A stretch of 64,000 bases of DNA, taken from Candidatus Undivivens industriae (GTDB lineage Bacteria > Omnitrophota > Gorgyraeia > Gygaellales > Profunditerraquicolaceae). The DNA lies in the NCBI GenBank assembly GCA_012514745.1, contig JAAYZR010000002.1, positions 40,962 to 104,961 on the forward strand, given 5' to 3'. Below, one piece after another: positions 34,154 to 42,719 of the stretch. The notes beneath the pieces are model-generated. The model was not told the DNA's origin. It worked only from the letters and a program-made list of their open reading frames with translations, and ran no database searches. Positions within the stretch are counted from its first letter, which is position 1. Each line of letters opens with the position of its first letter. Position numbers and translations under genes: made by a program.

Positions 34154-36877
34154 ATGCTTCAGATGATGAATTCAACCCGGCGCAGGAAGATCGGCGCGGC
34201 GCTCGTTCTATTCTTGCTTTTCTTATTAGCGTATACGGCGCACAATACGGTTTATCTGAAAAGAAACGCCGGATTCTACTGTCTGGAACAGTCTCTTTAT
34301 GATTCGGTGCAGCATTTTTATTCCGCTCAGGATAATCCCCGCAGCCTGCCGCATATAATCTGGAGACTCGTCGGCCCCGAGGCCGGGGAAAGGGGCCTGT
34401 ATGAATTATTCTGCTGGCCGTTCTTTTTCCTGTTCGGGGTATCCTATCAGACGGCAATTTATCCCAATTTTCTTTTTCTTCTTCTTCTGGCCTGCAGTGT
34501 ATATAAAACCGGGGTGTTGGTAAAGAACCGGGAGGTCGGATACCTGGCGGCATTTCTGACGCTTATGTATCCTGCCGTTTTCGGATTCTCGAGGATCTAT
34601 TTTACCACGCTCGCCGTCACGAGCCTGGTATCCGTGTGTAATTATTGTTTTCTTTCTTCCGGTCTTTTCAGGTCCGTCCGGAAGACGCTGCTTTTTGTGC
34701 TGTGCCTTCTGCTTCTCTTAAAGCTGAAGGCGGAGAAAAGCGTAATTTACGTCCTTTTTCCGGCGGGTCTTTATTTGTTTTCCGGTTTCAGACGCGGTTC
34801 AGGGAAGCCTTCATTTTCAGCACGTCAGGGGGTGAACATCGCGGCCGGGGCGGTTTTGTTCCTGTTGCTCTTTTTCATACTATTCAGGCAGGATTTTTTT
34901 TCGGGCCGAATCGGGTATTACCTGAATGACATAAAGAATTTCAGCTCCAGCCTGCGCATCGGCTCGGCTTCTTTCGTTATTACCGTGGCCACCGCGTATC
35001 TTAAGGATCTTTTTTCCACCCAATTAGGGAATTTGGGAGGTCTTTTTTTCATCGCCGCTTTCCCGTATTTTCTAAAGAGCGGAGTCCGTTTTAAATCCTT
35101 CCTGGTTTTCTGGATAACGATCCCGTATATTTTTCATACCGTTTATTACTGGTTTTCCGGGATACACTCCGCTTATTATACGGTTCAGTATCTTCCGGCG
35201 TTCGCCTTGATCTCTGCCTGCGGCATGCATAATATGTTTTCCCGGAGAAGAGAAACGGTAAAAATAGCCGTATATGCCGTGATAATCGCGCTCAGCCTGT
35301 CGAATTATACGCTTATTTCCCATTGCAACAGACAACTGCCGCTGCTGCGCAAGATTGCCAGCGACTCCTTCACAGGTAAAATGTCCATGTCCCTGATCCC
35401 CGGAGAGAACATAATCTTCGGGACGGCCCAGAAACTGGCCGAGGCTGTGGCGTCTACCGGCGGTTCGGCGCGCGTGGTCCTGGCCAATCACTATCCTTCG
35501 CTGCACTGGCTTTACGGAAAGATGCGCCTGCACAACAGTATCATGCGCTATCCGGTGTTTCTTTACGACTATTCATACAAGGTTTTCAGCCTGGAACCGC
35601 CGGACAAGAGGGCGTTGTTATCACAACGCTTCAAGAACGCAGATTTGATCATAGACGGGAAGAATATGTATCCGGTGGAGTCTTCCGGCAGGCTGGGCCT
35701 CTACCGTCAATTCGGGGCCTATTACGATTTCCGCGGGGTGATGAAGAATGAGGAAGAGGAGTACAAAGGAAGAATAGCGGATATGGAGAAGATATACAGC
35801 GTGAATACGGGGGAGAATAAGATCGACTTCTGGATCAGCCGGGAAGCTCGGCAGGCGTTCATCGCTAAAACCGGCAGGGATATCTGCGCATTCAGCAGAC
35901 AAGAGATAAGTTCCTTGATCCGGCGGCCGCTCGACAAAGGAAAGATCATGAATCAAAGAATAAAGTTCGTTTCTTCCGGGGGCAGGAATACCGTTTTCTG
36001 GAAAGACCGCGAACTTTTATCGTTCACGGCCCTGGAAGACTATAATACACCGGGATTCATCTCCCCAAACTTCTGCGTAGAGACAAAGAAGGGAGAACTG
36101 ATAGTTTCAAAAACGGATGAGTGCGGTAATGATGAAGGCGGCCATATTGAACAGGTCTGGACGATCCGTCTGGTAGGAGATATGCTCGATCTAAAATTGG
36201 AGATAGATACCAGGGATCAGTTGTGCCTGCGGTTACAGAGGCCACTTGTTTGTTTCTTGAGAAGAGCGGACGGTCCCGCTTGGGGCTGCGGGGTAAATTC
36301 CCGTAAAATCAGCTATTCCCGTGATATCGTTTTCGGCGGGCTCAAACAGCGCTTCTTTGAATACGAATCCGCAGCTAACGGCCCCTCTTTATCTCTTAAT
36401 AAGAAAATGTCTTTCTGCATCCCCAGTTTTTTCATTGCGCCCTTGCTGGGGCGGCACTACGATACACACGAATTATCACTGTTGCTGCACGGTATCGAAA
36501 GGCTCTATGGACAAAAGTTCCCGGCAAGAAGGATATTGACCGGAGGCCCGGGTTTGCGGGGGAGCATGTATGTCGGGATAGCGCCTGATGCCGATCTGCC
36601 CGGGATGATAATGATCTACGATTCCGGGTTATTGACCAGCCTGTATAGAGCGGATGAATACAGAATTGAGCCGGGGAACATCGGCATTCTTGCTCATGCC
36701 GGAGGAACGGTTACACTGGGCCCGGGTCGCTTTACGGTCCTCTCCTGCCGTATTATATTCTACGGCACGGCTGAGGATTTTTTCCTGGCCGCGGATAAAT
36801 TAAGACAGGATACAAGACCGGGGGACCGGCCGATAAAAATAAGATTGCTCCGTCAAGACACAGTTGACAAAAGATAG
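34154..36877 (+). CDS. large polytopic membrane protein with about 480-aa C-terminal soluble domain; candidate GT-C (ArnT/PMT-like) glycosyltransferase
   Basis: 907 aa; at least 10 predicted TM helices in the first 430 aa with Arg/Phe/Tyr-rich loops; no motif I can verify by eye; last gene of the operon. Confidence 0.5.
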   Translation: MLQMMNSTRRRKIGAALVLFLLFLLAYTAHNTVYLKRNAGFYCLEQSLYDSVQHFYSAQDNPRSLPHIIWRLVGPEAGERGLYELFCWPFFFLFGVSYQTAIYPNFLFLLLLACSVYKTGVLVKNREVGYLAAFLTLMYPAVFGFSRIYFTTLAVTSLVSVCNYCFLSSGLFRSVRKTLLFVLCLLLLLKLKAEKSVIYVLFPAGLYLFSGFRRGSGKPSFSARQGVNIAAGAVLFLLLFFILFRQDFFSGRIGYYLNDIKNFSSSLRIGSASFVITVATAYLKDLFSTQLGNLGGLFFIAAFPYFLKSGVRFKSFLVFWITIPYIFHTVYYWFSGIHSAYYTVQYLPAFALISACGMHNMFSRRRETVKIAVYAVIIALSLSNYTLISHCNRQLPLLRKIASDSFTGKMSMSLIPGENIIFGTAQKLAEAVASTGGSARVVLANHYPSLHWLYGKMRLHNSIMRYPVFLYDYSYKVFSLEPPDKRALLSQRFKNADLIIDGKNMYPVESSGRLGLYRQFGAYYDFRGVMKNEEEEYKGRIADMEKIYSVNTGENKIDFWISREARQAFIAKTGRDICAFSRQEISSLIRRPLDKGKIMNQRIKFVSSGGRNTVFWKDRELLSFTALEDYNTPGFISPNFCVETKKGELIVSKTDECGNDEGGHIEQVWTIRLVGDMLDLKLEIDTRDQLCLRLQRPLVCFLRRADGPAWGCGVNSRKISYSRDIVFGGLKQRFFEYESAANGPSLSLNKKMSFCIPSFFIAPLLGRHYDTHELSLLLHGIERLYGQKFPARRILTGGPGLRGSMYVGIAPDADLPGMIMIYDSGLLTSLYRADEYRIEPGNIGILAHAGGTVTLGPGRFTVLSCRIIFYGTAEDFFLAADKLRQDTRPGDRPIKIRLLRQDTVDKR

Positions 36878-36899
36878 CGGTTGTGCTACCGTAAACACT

Positions 36900-37844
36900 A
36901 TGTTTACCAAGGTATTTCTTGTTATCTTCTCTCTCATCCTGCTGACGGATCAGTCCGCGTTCGCCTATTGGATATGGACTCCTAAAAGCGGTAAATGGGT
37001 CAATCCCAAGACCGCCGTGAAACCCACCCCGAAAGAACAGGCTGAGGCGGCGATTTTTCTGTTCGAAGGCAAGCATTACGACGAAGCCGGGAAAGAATTC
37101 CGAAAATTGATCAAGGCTTACCCCAAGTCGGCGGAAGCGGCTGTCAGCCAGTATTATCTTGGGAGAATAAATGAGGCCTCCGGTAAGCCTTACGAGGCGT
37201 TTAAGGCTTACCAGTTGTTGATCGATAAGTACCCTTTCTCCGATAAAATCCAGGAGGCTATCGAAAGACAGTACGGTATAGGAGAAGAGTTTGTTTCCGG
37301 CAAGAGAAAAGGCGTGTCGGCGGTATTCGCCCCGGAGAATCCGGGGGTGGAGATATTCTCCAAGGTGGTGGAGAATTCCAATTACGGACCGCTGGCGGAC
37401 AAGGCCCAGTACAAGCTCGGCCTTGTGCTCAAGGGCCTTTCGCGTTACTATGAGGCGGAAGAAGCCTTTTTCAAGCTGATCAAGACTTATCCGGACAGCG
37501 AATGGGTGCCTGCGGCCCAGTTTCAGATAGCCGCCTGCCGCGCCGCCGTCTCCCAGGGGCCGGATTACGACCAGGGCGCGACAAAGGAGGCAAAGGAAAG
37601 GTTTATGTCTTTCGTCAACACCCATCCGGACGCCGTTCTTTCGCCAGAGGCGCAGAAGAACATAGACGCGTTGAAGGACAAGGAAGCATGCAGCGCCTTC
37701 AATTCCGGCAGGTTTTACGAGAAACAAAGGATTTATCAGTCGGCCAGGATATATTATGAAGACGTGGTAAAGAATTATCCGGGCACCATGTGGGCCGCGA
37801 AATCGCTGGAAAGACTGCAGATCCTCGAGAGGAAGAAGAAATGA
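36900..37844 (+). CDS. TPR-repeat outer-membrane lipoprotein-like protein (BamD/YbgF-like)
   Basis: Signal peptide MFTKVFLVIFSLILLTDQSAFA; repeated 34-aa A/Y/L-rich TPR-like units (...AEAAVSQYYLGRI..., ...ADKAQYKLGLVLKG..., ...AAKSLERL). Confidence 0.55.
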   Translation: MFTKVFLVIFSLILLTDQSAFAYWIWTPKSGKWVNPKTAVKPTPKEQAEAAIFLFEGKHYDEAGKEFRKLIKAYPKSAEAAVSQYYLGRINEASGKPYEAFKAYQLLIDKYPFSDKIQEAIERQYGIGEEFVSGKRKGVSAVFAPENPGVEIFSKVVENSNYGPLADKAQYKLGLVLKGLSRYYEAEEAFFKLIKTYPDSEWVPAAQFQIAACRAAVSQGPDYDQGATKEAKERFMSFVNTHPDAVLSPEAQKNIDALKDKEACSAFNSGRFYEKQRIYQSARIYYEDVVKNYPGTMWAAKSLERLQILERKKK

Positions 37845-38395
37845 AGCGTCTACGGTTTTTGTTCATACCGGCCGTTATTTCGGCTGCGGCGGGTTTCCTG
37901 CTTTCCTCCTGCGGCTACACCACCCGCTCAATGATAACCGGAAGTTACAAGACGGTTTACATCGCTCCTTTCGTCAATAAGGTCGATATTACCGGCGAGT
38001 CCGATTCCAGAGAGGGTTATAAAGTCTACCGTCCGATGCTGGAGAGCGATATTACCCGTACTCTTACGCGCCGTTTCCTTATGGACGGCAATCTTAAGCC
38101 GGTCGGCATAGAGAATGCGGATCTGATACTGAAAGGTGAACTGGTGGAATTCCGCAGGGATCCCCTGCGTTACAACACAGATAACGAAGTGGACGAATAC
38201 CGGATGAACTTGCTGGTGAACATAAGCCTCTGGGAACCCGGCGCAGACAAACCGCTCTGGGAAGAAAGGAATTTCACCGGTGACACCACTTATTTCGTCA
38301 GGGGAGTTGCCGCCAAGTCGGAGGACGCCGCCGTTAACGACGCGCTGCTCGATCTCGCCCGCAGAATAGTGGAGCGCACTGTTGAACAATGGTAG
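37841..38395 (+). CDS. lptE: LptE-like lipoprotein (LPS assembly), by size, lipobox and leuS...lptE-holA synteny
   Basis: 184 aa; MKRLRFLFIPAVISAAAGFLLSSC lipobox; ATGA overlap upstream; followed by a holA-like gene as in E. coli leuS-lptE-holA. Confidence 0.5.
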   Translation: MKRLRFLFIPAVISAAAGFLLSSCGYTTRSMITGSYKTVYIAPFVNKVDITGESDSREGYKVYRPMLESDITRTLTRRFLMDGNLKPVGIENADLILKGELVEFRRDPLRYNTDNEVDEYRMNLLVNISLWEPGADKPLWEERNFTGDTTYFVRGVAAKSEDAAVNDALLDLARRIVERTVEQW

Positions 38396-39057
38396 CCGGA
38401 GATATCCTTGTCTATGTTTTTGCCGGAGAAGATTCCGCGGCAAAAACCCTTCGTTTGAACCAGCTTAAAGAAACATTCCTGCCTTCCGATACCCGGGAAT
38501 TCAACCTCGACGTTTTTTACGGCAACGATATGGACCTGCGTTCTTTGCAGGAAAGGATTTTGAGTATCCCGGTGAGCGCTTCCCGGCGGATGATAGTCCT
38601 GAAGAACGCCGGCGCATTGTCGTCTGCCGCGAAGAAATTCATCTCGGCTTACGCCCCGGCCGCAAACAAATCTATATTGCTTGTGGTGGATTTCGAACGG
38701 TTCGATCCCAAAGATCCTTTTCAGTCATCTTTATGCAGGGCCGGACGCCTTATCCGCTTTGGGGAAACTCCGCATGCGGACGTCTTTGTTCTTGCCGGGC
38801 AGTTACGCTCCGGGCGGGCGGCAGACGCGCTCCGGGGCTTACACAGCCTTATGGAATCCGGGGAGAAACCGGAACGCATTCTCGGAGGCCTGCGTTATTC
38901 CTGCGCTAAATGGGAAAAAGGACGTTCGGCGGCGGCTTTCAAGGAGATATTACGCTGCGATCTGCAGATAAAAACCGGTCGTCTGAAACCGCTTTTTGCC
39001 CTGGAGCGTCTTATTGCGGCTCTCGCCCGGCAAGCCCGCGCCGTCGGATCCGGATAA
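38389..39057 (+). CDS. holA: DNA polymerase III delta subunit-like protein (short)
   Basis: 222 aa; N-terminal region (ILVYVFAGEDSAAKTLRLNQLKETF..., RRMIVLKNAG) resembles HolA; only about two-thirds of canonical length. Confidence 0.45.
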   Translation: MVAGDILVYVFAGEDSAAKTLRLNQLKETFLPSDTREFNLDVFYGNDMDLRSLQERILSIPVSASRRMIVLKNAGALSSAAKKFISAYAPAANKSILLVVDFERFDPKDPFQSSLCRAGRLIRFGETPHADVFVLAGQLRSGRAADALRGLHSLMESGEKPERILGGLRYSCAKWEKGRSAAAFKEILRCDLQIKTGRLKPLFALERLIAALARQARAVGSG

Positions 39058-39087
39058 AGAAACCGCCGGCAAGAATTCACCGGCGGC
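39051..39087 (-). terminator. hairpin terminator shared by convergent holA (+) and rpsT (-)
   Basis: CCGCCGG (39063-39069) / CCGGCGG (39080-39086) perfect 7-bp stem with 10-nt loop; on the minus strand it is followed by TTTCTTTATCC. Confidence 0.45.
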
Positions 39088-39115
39088 TTACAGGTGTCGA
39101 CTATAGAGACGAGCT

Positions 39116-39379
39116 TCAGGTCGTCTTCATTACTTTTTTGTTTAGACGCGATTTGCGGCGGTCGGCCGTGGCAGGATGAATGATCTTTTTCTTGGCGGCC
39201 TTGTCCAGTTTGGAAAAAACTTCTTTAAGGGCTTTTTGCGCTTCCTGGGTGTTCTTGGACGCTACAAGCATCTGTAATTCCTTGATCTTTTTTTTGAGTT
39301 CTTTCTTGATCTTGAAATTACGCAGGTGTCTTTTCTTGCTTAATTTGTTCATTAATATGGAACTGCGTCTTCTTGGCAT
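39116..39379 (-). CDS. rpsT: 30S ribosomal protein S20
   Basis: Basic alpha-helical 78-87 aa protein; ...KKIIHPATADRRKSRLNKKV matches the S20 C-terminus (GLIHKNKAARHKANL); true start probably the internal ATG 39352 (MNKLSKKRHL). Confidence 0.75.
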   Translation of the reverse strand: MPRRRSSILMNKLSKKRHLRNFKIKKELKKKIKELQMLVASKNTQEAQKALKEVFSKLDKAAKKKIIHPATADRRKSRLNKKVMKTT

Positions 39380-39511
39380 AACTTTCTCCTTGTGAATTTA
39401 TTATATACATAAAAGTCTGGTCATCAGACGGTTAGACGACGGATTGACCCGAAGTCCAATTATACAACGGCGCCGGTAATTAATCAATATTTTATTATCA
39501 CATGTCAAGGA

Positions 39512-41098
39512 ATGCCCGTGACAAGAGAGTTACATAATCAATGCAGGGGGATGATGCGTTCCGCCGGATTGATCGGTGCGGCGACCCTGTGTTCCCGCAT
39601 CCTCGGTTTCTGCCGGGACATAGTCATAGCCCGCATGTTCGGCGTATACGTTTACGCCCAGGCTTTCGTCGTGGCCTTCCGCATCCCGAATCTCTTTCGT
39701 GATATAGTCGGAGAAGGCGCGGTGAATTCGGCTTTTGTGCCGGTGTTCAGCCGCTACGCCCTCAGGCGAGACAAGGCCGAGTTCTGGGAACTGGCCAATG
39801 TCCTGCTTAACGTCCTTCTGGTCGTGCTTGCGGCGATAGTCCTGGCCGGCGTGGTCTTTTCTCCCTTTATAATCAGGGTTTTCGCTCCGGGGTTCACCGC
39901 AGACCCAGTCAAATTCCAGACGACAGTGCTGCTTAACAGGCTGGTTTTTCCTTATTTACTGCTGATAAGCCTGGCGGCATATACCATGGCCATGCTGAAT
40001 TCCTTAGGCCATTTCAAGGCTCCGGCATTTGCGCCGTGCCTGTTGAATATTTCAATTATCCTTTGCGCCCTTTTTTTCGGGGAAGGGATAACCGGCCTGG
40101 CCTCCGGCATCCTGATAGGCGGGGTTCTTCAGTTGGCGGTGCAGATTCCGGCGGTCTACGCCCACGGATTCCGCGTAAAGGGGTTCTTGACTAAATTCAG
40201 CCATCCGGGCGCGGCCGAGGTCGTCCGTCTTCTCGTGCCGCGATTATTCGGCACGTGTATTTATCAGCTCAATAATTTCGTCGATTCGGTTTTCGGCTCG
40301 CTGGCTTTCGCCGTGGGAGAGGGCGGAGTAGCCGTGCTTTATTTCGCCTACAGGCTGGTGCAATTTCCTGTGGGGATATTCGGCAACGCCGTGGCGCAGG
40401 CGTCCCTGCCGCTGATGTCCGCACAGGCCGCAGGCGATGACGGGACCGGCGATCTCAAGGCCACTCTTGTGACCAGCCTGCGCCAGGTGTTCTTTCTGAT
40501 GGTACCGGCATCGGCATTTTTTATTGCTCTTTCCGGCCGGCTCATAGAAGGGATTTTTAGCGGGGGCAGGTTCGACGCCTACGCTTCGTCCGCCACGGCG
40601 GATGCGCTCTCCTGTTATAGTATAGGACTATGCGCTTATGCCGGCAGTAAAGTGCTGAATTCCTGCTTTTTCGCCATGCATGATACCGCCTCCCCTGTGA
40701 AGGTATCAGCGGCGGCACTGATGATCAACGTCATACTTAATGCTTTATTGATGTTTCCTTTAAAAATAAAAGGGCTGGCCCTGGCAAGTTCCGTGTCGGG
40801 AATCGTTTCTTTCCTTATGCTTATCCGGATACTCGACAAAAAGACCGGGGGGCTTGATCTTGGGGTGATAGCGGTTTCTTTGGCGAAGCTGCTCGCCGCC
40901 GGCGCGGCCGCCGGATACGCCTGTTTTTTTATTTCGTCGAGACTGCCCGGTTACTGCCGGGGCGATGGTTTCTTTTTTCACGCGGCATTGCTGGCCGTGT
41001 ACTTTGTCTGCTGCTGCGCCGTATATATCGCCGTGTGCAAGATGTTAAGGTGTCCGGAGCCGGGAGAGTTGCTGGGATGGATGAAGAAAAAACTTTGA
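39512..41098 (+). CDS. murJ: lipid II flippase MurJ (MviN)
   Basis: 528 aa, 14-TM MOP-superfamily profile; N-terminus MRSAGLIGAATLCSRILGFCRDIVIARMFG is the MurJ signature. Confidence 0.85.
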   Translation: MPVTRELHNQCRGMMRSAGLIGAATLCSRILGFCRDIVIARMFGVYVYAQAFVVAFRIPNLFRDIVGEGAVNSAFVPVFSRYALRRDKAEFWELANVLLNVLLVVLAAIVLAGVVFSPFIIRVFAPGFTADPVKFQTTVLLNRLVFPYLLLISLAAYTMAMLNSLGHFKAPAFAPCLLNISIILCALFFGEGITGLASGILIGGVLQLAVQIPAVYAHGFRVKGFLTKFSHPGAAEVVRLLVPRLFGTCIYQLNNFVDSVFGSLAFAVGEGGVAVLYFAYRLVQFPVGIFGNAVAQASLPLMSAQAAGDDGTGDLKATLVTSLRQVFFLMVPASAFFIALSGRLIEGIFSGGRFDAYASSATADALSCYSIGLCAYAGSKVLNSCFFAMHDTASPVKVSAAALMINVILNALLMFPLKIKGLALASSVSGIVSFLMLIRILDKKTGGLDLGVIAVSLAKLLAAGAAAGYACFFISSRLPGYCRGDGFFFHAALLAVYFVCCCAVYIAVCKMLRCPEPGELLGWMKKKL

Positions 41099-42357
41099 TT
41101 TTAAGAAAAATGGCCGCGGCACTGCCGGACGGTCCCGGGGTGTATTTTTTTAAAAACGCGGTCGGGGCGCTTCTTTACGTCGGGAAAGCGAAGTCCTTAA
41201 GAAAAAGGGTTTCTTCCTACTTTTCCGGTCCGCATCCGGCCAGGACAGCCGCTTTGGTGGGAAAAACAGAGCGGATAGATTTCGTTACCACCGGCAGCGA
41301 ACGGGAAGCGGATCTGCTTGAAGCCTCAATTATAAAAGAAAAACAGCCGCATTATAACGTATCCAGGAAAGACGACAAAACATTCCCGTTCATCAGTATC
41401 GGCGGCGGCGATTTTCCCGCCGTAATGCTGGTGCGCAGGCGGGGGAAACCGGAAGCCGGGGCGGGGTATTACGGACCTTATACCGACGCGGCTTTCGCCA
41501 GGTCCGCTTTGAAGATCGTGCGCAGGCTTTTCGGGTTTCGTTCCTGCGCGAAACTGCCGAAAGAGCCCTGTCTTTATTCCAGGCTCGGACTTTGTCCAGT
41601 TCCCTGCGCGGGCCGCATCTCTCCGGAGGATTACGCCGCCGTCATCAGGCGCGTCAAGCTCTTCCTGGAAGGAAATTATGAGATACTCATCTCCGACCTG
41701 TCGGTCAGAATGGAACGGGCCGCCGGCGAAAAGGATTTTGAGGCGGCGGCCGGGTTGCGGGATCAGATCTCCGCTTTGTCCGCGATGAGGGCCGGAGGCA
41801 GCCGCAGGGAATTGGATGATCTGAAACGCAGGCTGCGCCTGAAGAGCGTCCCGGAACGCATAGAGGCTTTCGATATCTCCTGCATCCAGGGGAGGGAATC
41901 GTGCGGTTCTCTTGTTTCTTTCAACGGCGGCGGTCCGGATAAGCATAATTACCGCCGTTTCCGCATAAAGCAGGAACAGGGGATGAACGATTTCGCCATG
42001 ATGAAGGAAGTCGTTTTTCGCCGTTATTCCCGGCTGCTCAGGGAGAATCTGCCGCTGCCCGACTTGATCATCATAGATGGAGGCAGAGGCCAGGTTTCTT
42101 CCGCTCTTTCCGGACTGTCCGAGGCCGGGGTTTTCGGTATTCCGCTGATAGGTATAGCGAAACCGGAACGGGGCGCCGCCCGCAGAGGACGTTCCGCAAG
42201 GAGTATGGAGAAGGTATGTTTCGCCGACGGAAGGGAAATGGTCTTTTCCGGGGAAAGCGCCGGTCTTAACCTGCTGCGCAGGATCCGCGACGAAGCGCAC
42301 AGATTTGCGGTTTCTTATCATCGCCTTCTGCGTAATAAAAGAATGCTGGGAAAATGA
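41077..42357 (+). CDS. uvrC: excinuclease ABC subunit C homolog lacking the C-terminal (HhH)2 domain
   Basis: GIY-YIG (GVYFFKNAVGALLYVGKAKSLRKRVSSYF), UVR motif (FEAAAGLRDQISALSAM) and RNase H-like endonuclease domain (RIEAFDISCIQGRESCGSLVSF...DEAHRFAVSYHRLLRNKRM), ending about 150 aa short of canonical UvrC. Confidence 0.7.
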   Translation: MDEEKTLILRKMAAALPDGPGVYFFKNAVGALLYVGKAKSLRKRVSSYFSGPHPARTAALVGKTERIDFVTTGSEREADLLEASIIKEKQPHYNVSRKDDKTFPFISIGGGDFPAVMLVRRRGKPEAGAGYYGPYTDAAFARSALKIVRRLFGFRSCAKLPKEPCLYSRLGLCPVPCAGRISPEDYAAVIRRVKLFLEGNYEILISDLSVRMERAAGEKDFEAAAGLRDQISALSAMRAGGSRRELDDLKRRLRLKSVPERIEAFDISCIQGRESCGSLVSFNGGGPDKHNYRRFRIKQEQGMNDFAMMKEVVFRRYSRLLRENLPLPDLIIIDGGRGQVSSALSGLSEAGVFGIPLIGIAKPERGAARRGRSARSMEKVCFADGREMVFSGESAGLNLLRRIRDEAHRFAVSYHRLLRNKRMLGK

Positions 42358-42638
42358 AAAAAAAGAGAACCGGTCTGAGTCCATTCGCGCTTGAAGTGTA
42401 TCTTACCGTCGCTTCCATTCCCTACGGTCAAGTGCGCACTTATAAATGGGTGGCGGCTAAGATGGGGAAGGAGCTGGCCTGCCGCGCCGTGGGGACCGCC
42501 CTGAAGAATAACCCTTGGCCGATGCTCATCCCTTGCCACCGTGTGGTGAAAAGCGGAGGAGATGCCGGGGAATATGTTTACGGCAGGGAGATGAAGAAGT
42601 TTTTGATAGAATTTGAGCGAAAAACGGCCAAGATATGA
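42354..42638 (+). CDS. methylated-DNA-protein-cysteine methyltransferase DNA-binding domain protein (stand-alone MGMT C-domain, 94 aa)
   Basis: Active-site motif IPCHRVV with HTH upstream (VRTYKWVAAKMG); ATGA-coupled to the uvrC-like gene. Confidence 0.7.
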   Translation: MKKKRTGLSPFALEVYLTVASIPYGQVRTYKWVAAKMGKELACRAVGTALKNNPWPMLIPCHRVVKSGGDAGEYVYGREMKKFLIEFERKTAKI

Positions 42639-42719
42639 TATAATCAGAACTCAAGGTTTTCTTCGGATAAGTGGCGGCGGGGAGGTGATTTCCCCGTAGG
42701 CGACAGCGGAGGTACCATT

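Noticed and set aside
41326-42384. 352-aa minus-strand ORF
   Set aside because: Antisense shadow of the uvrC-like and MGMT genes, whose plus-strand products have clear GIY-YIG/UVR/PCHRV motifs.
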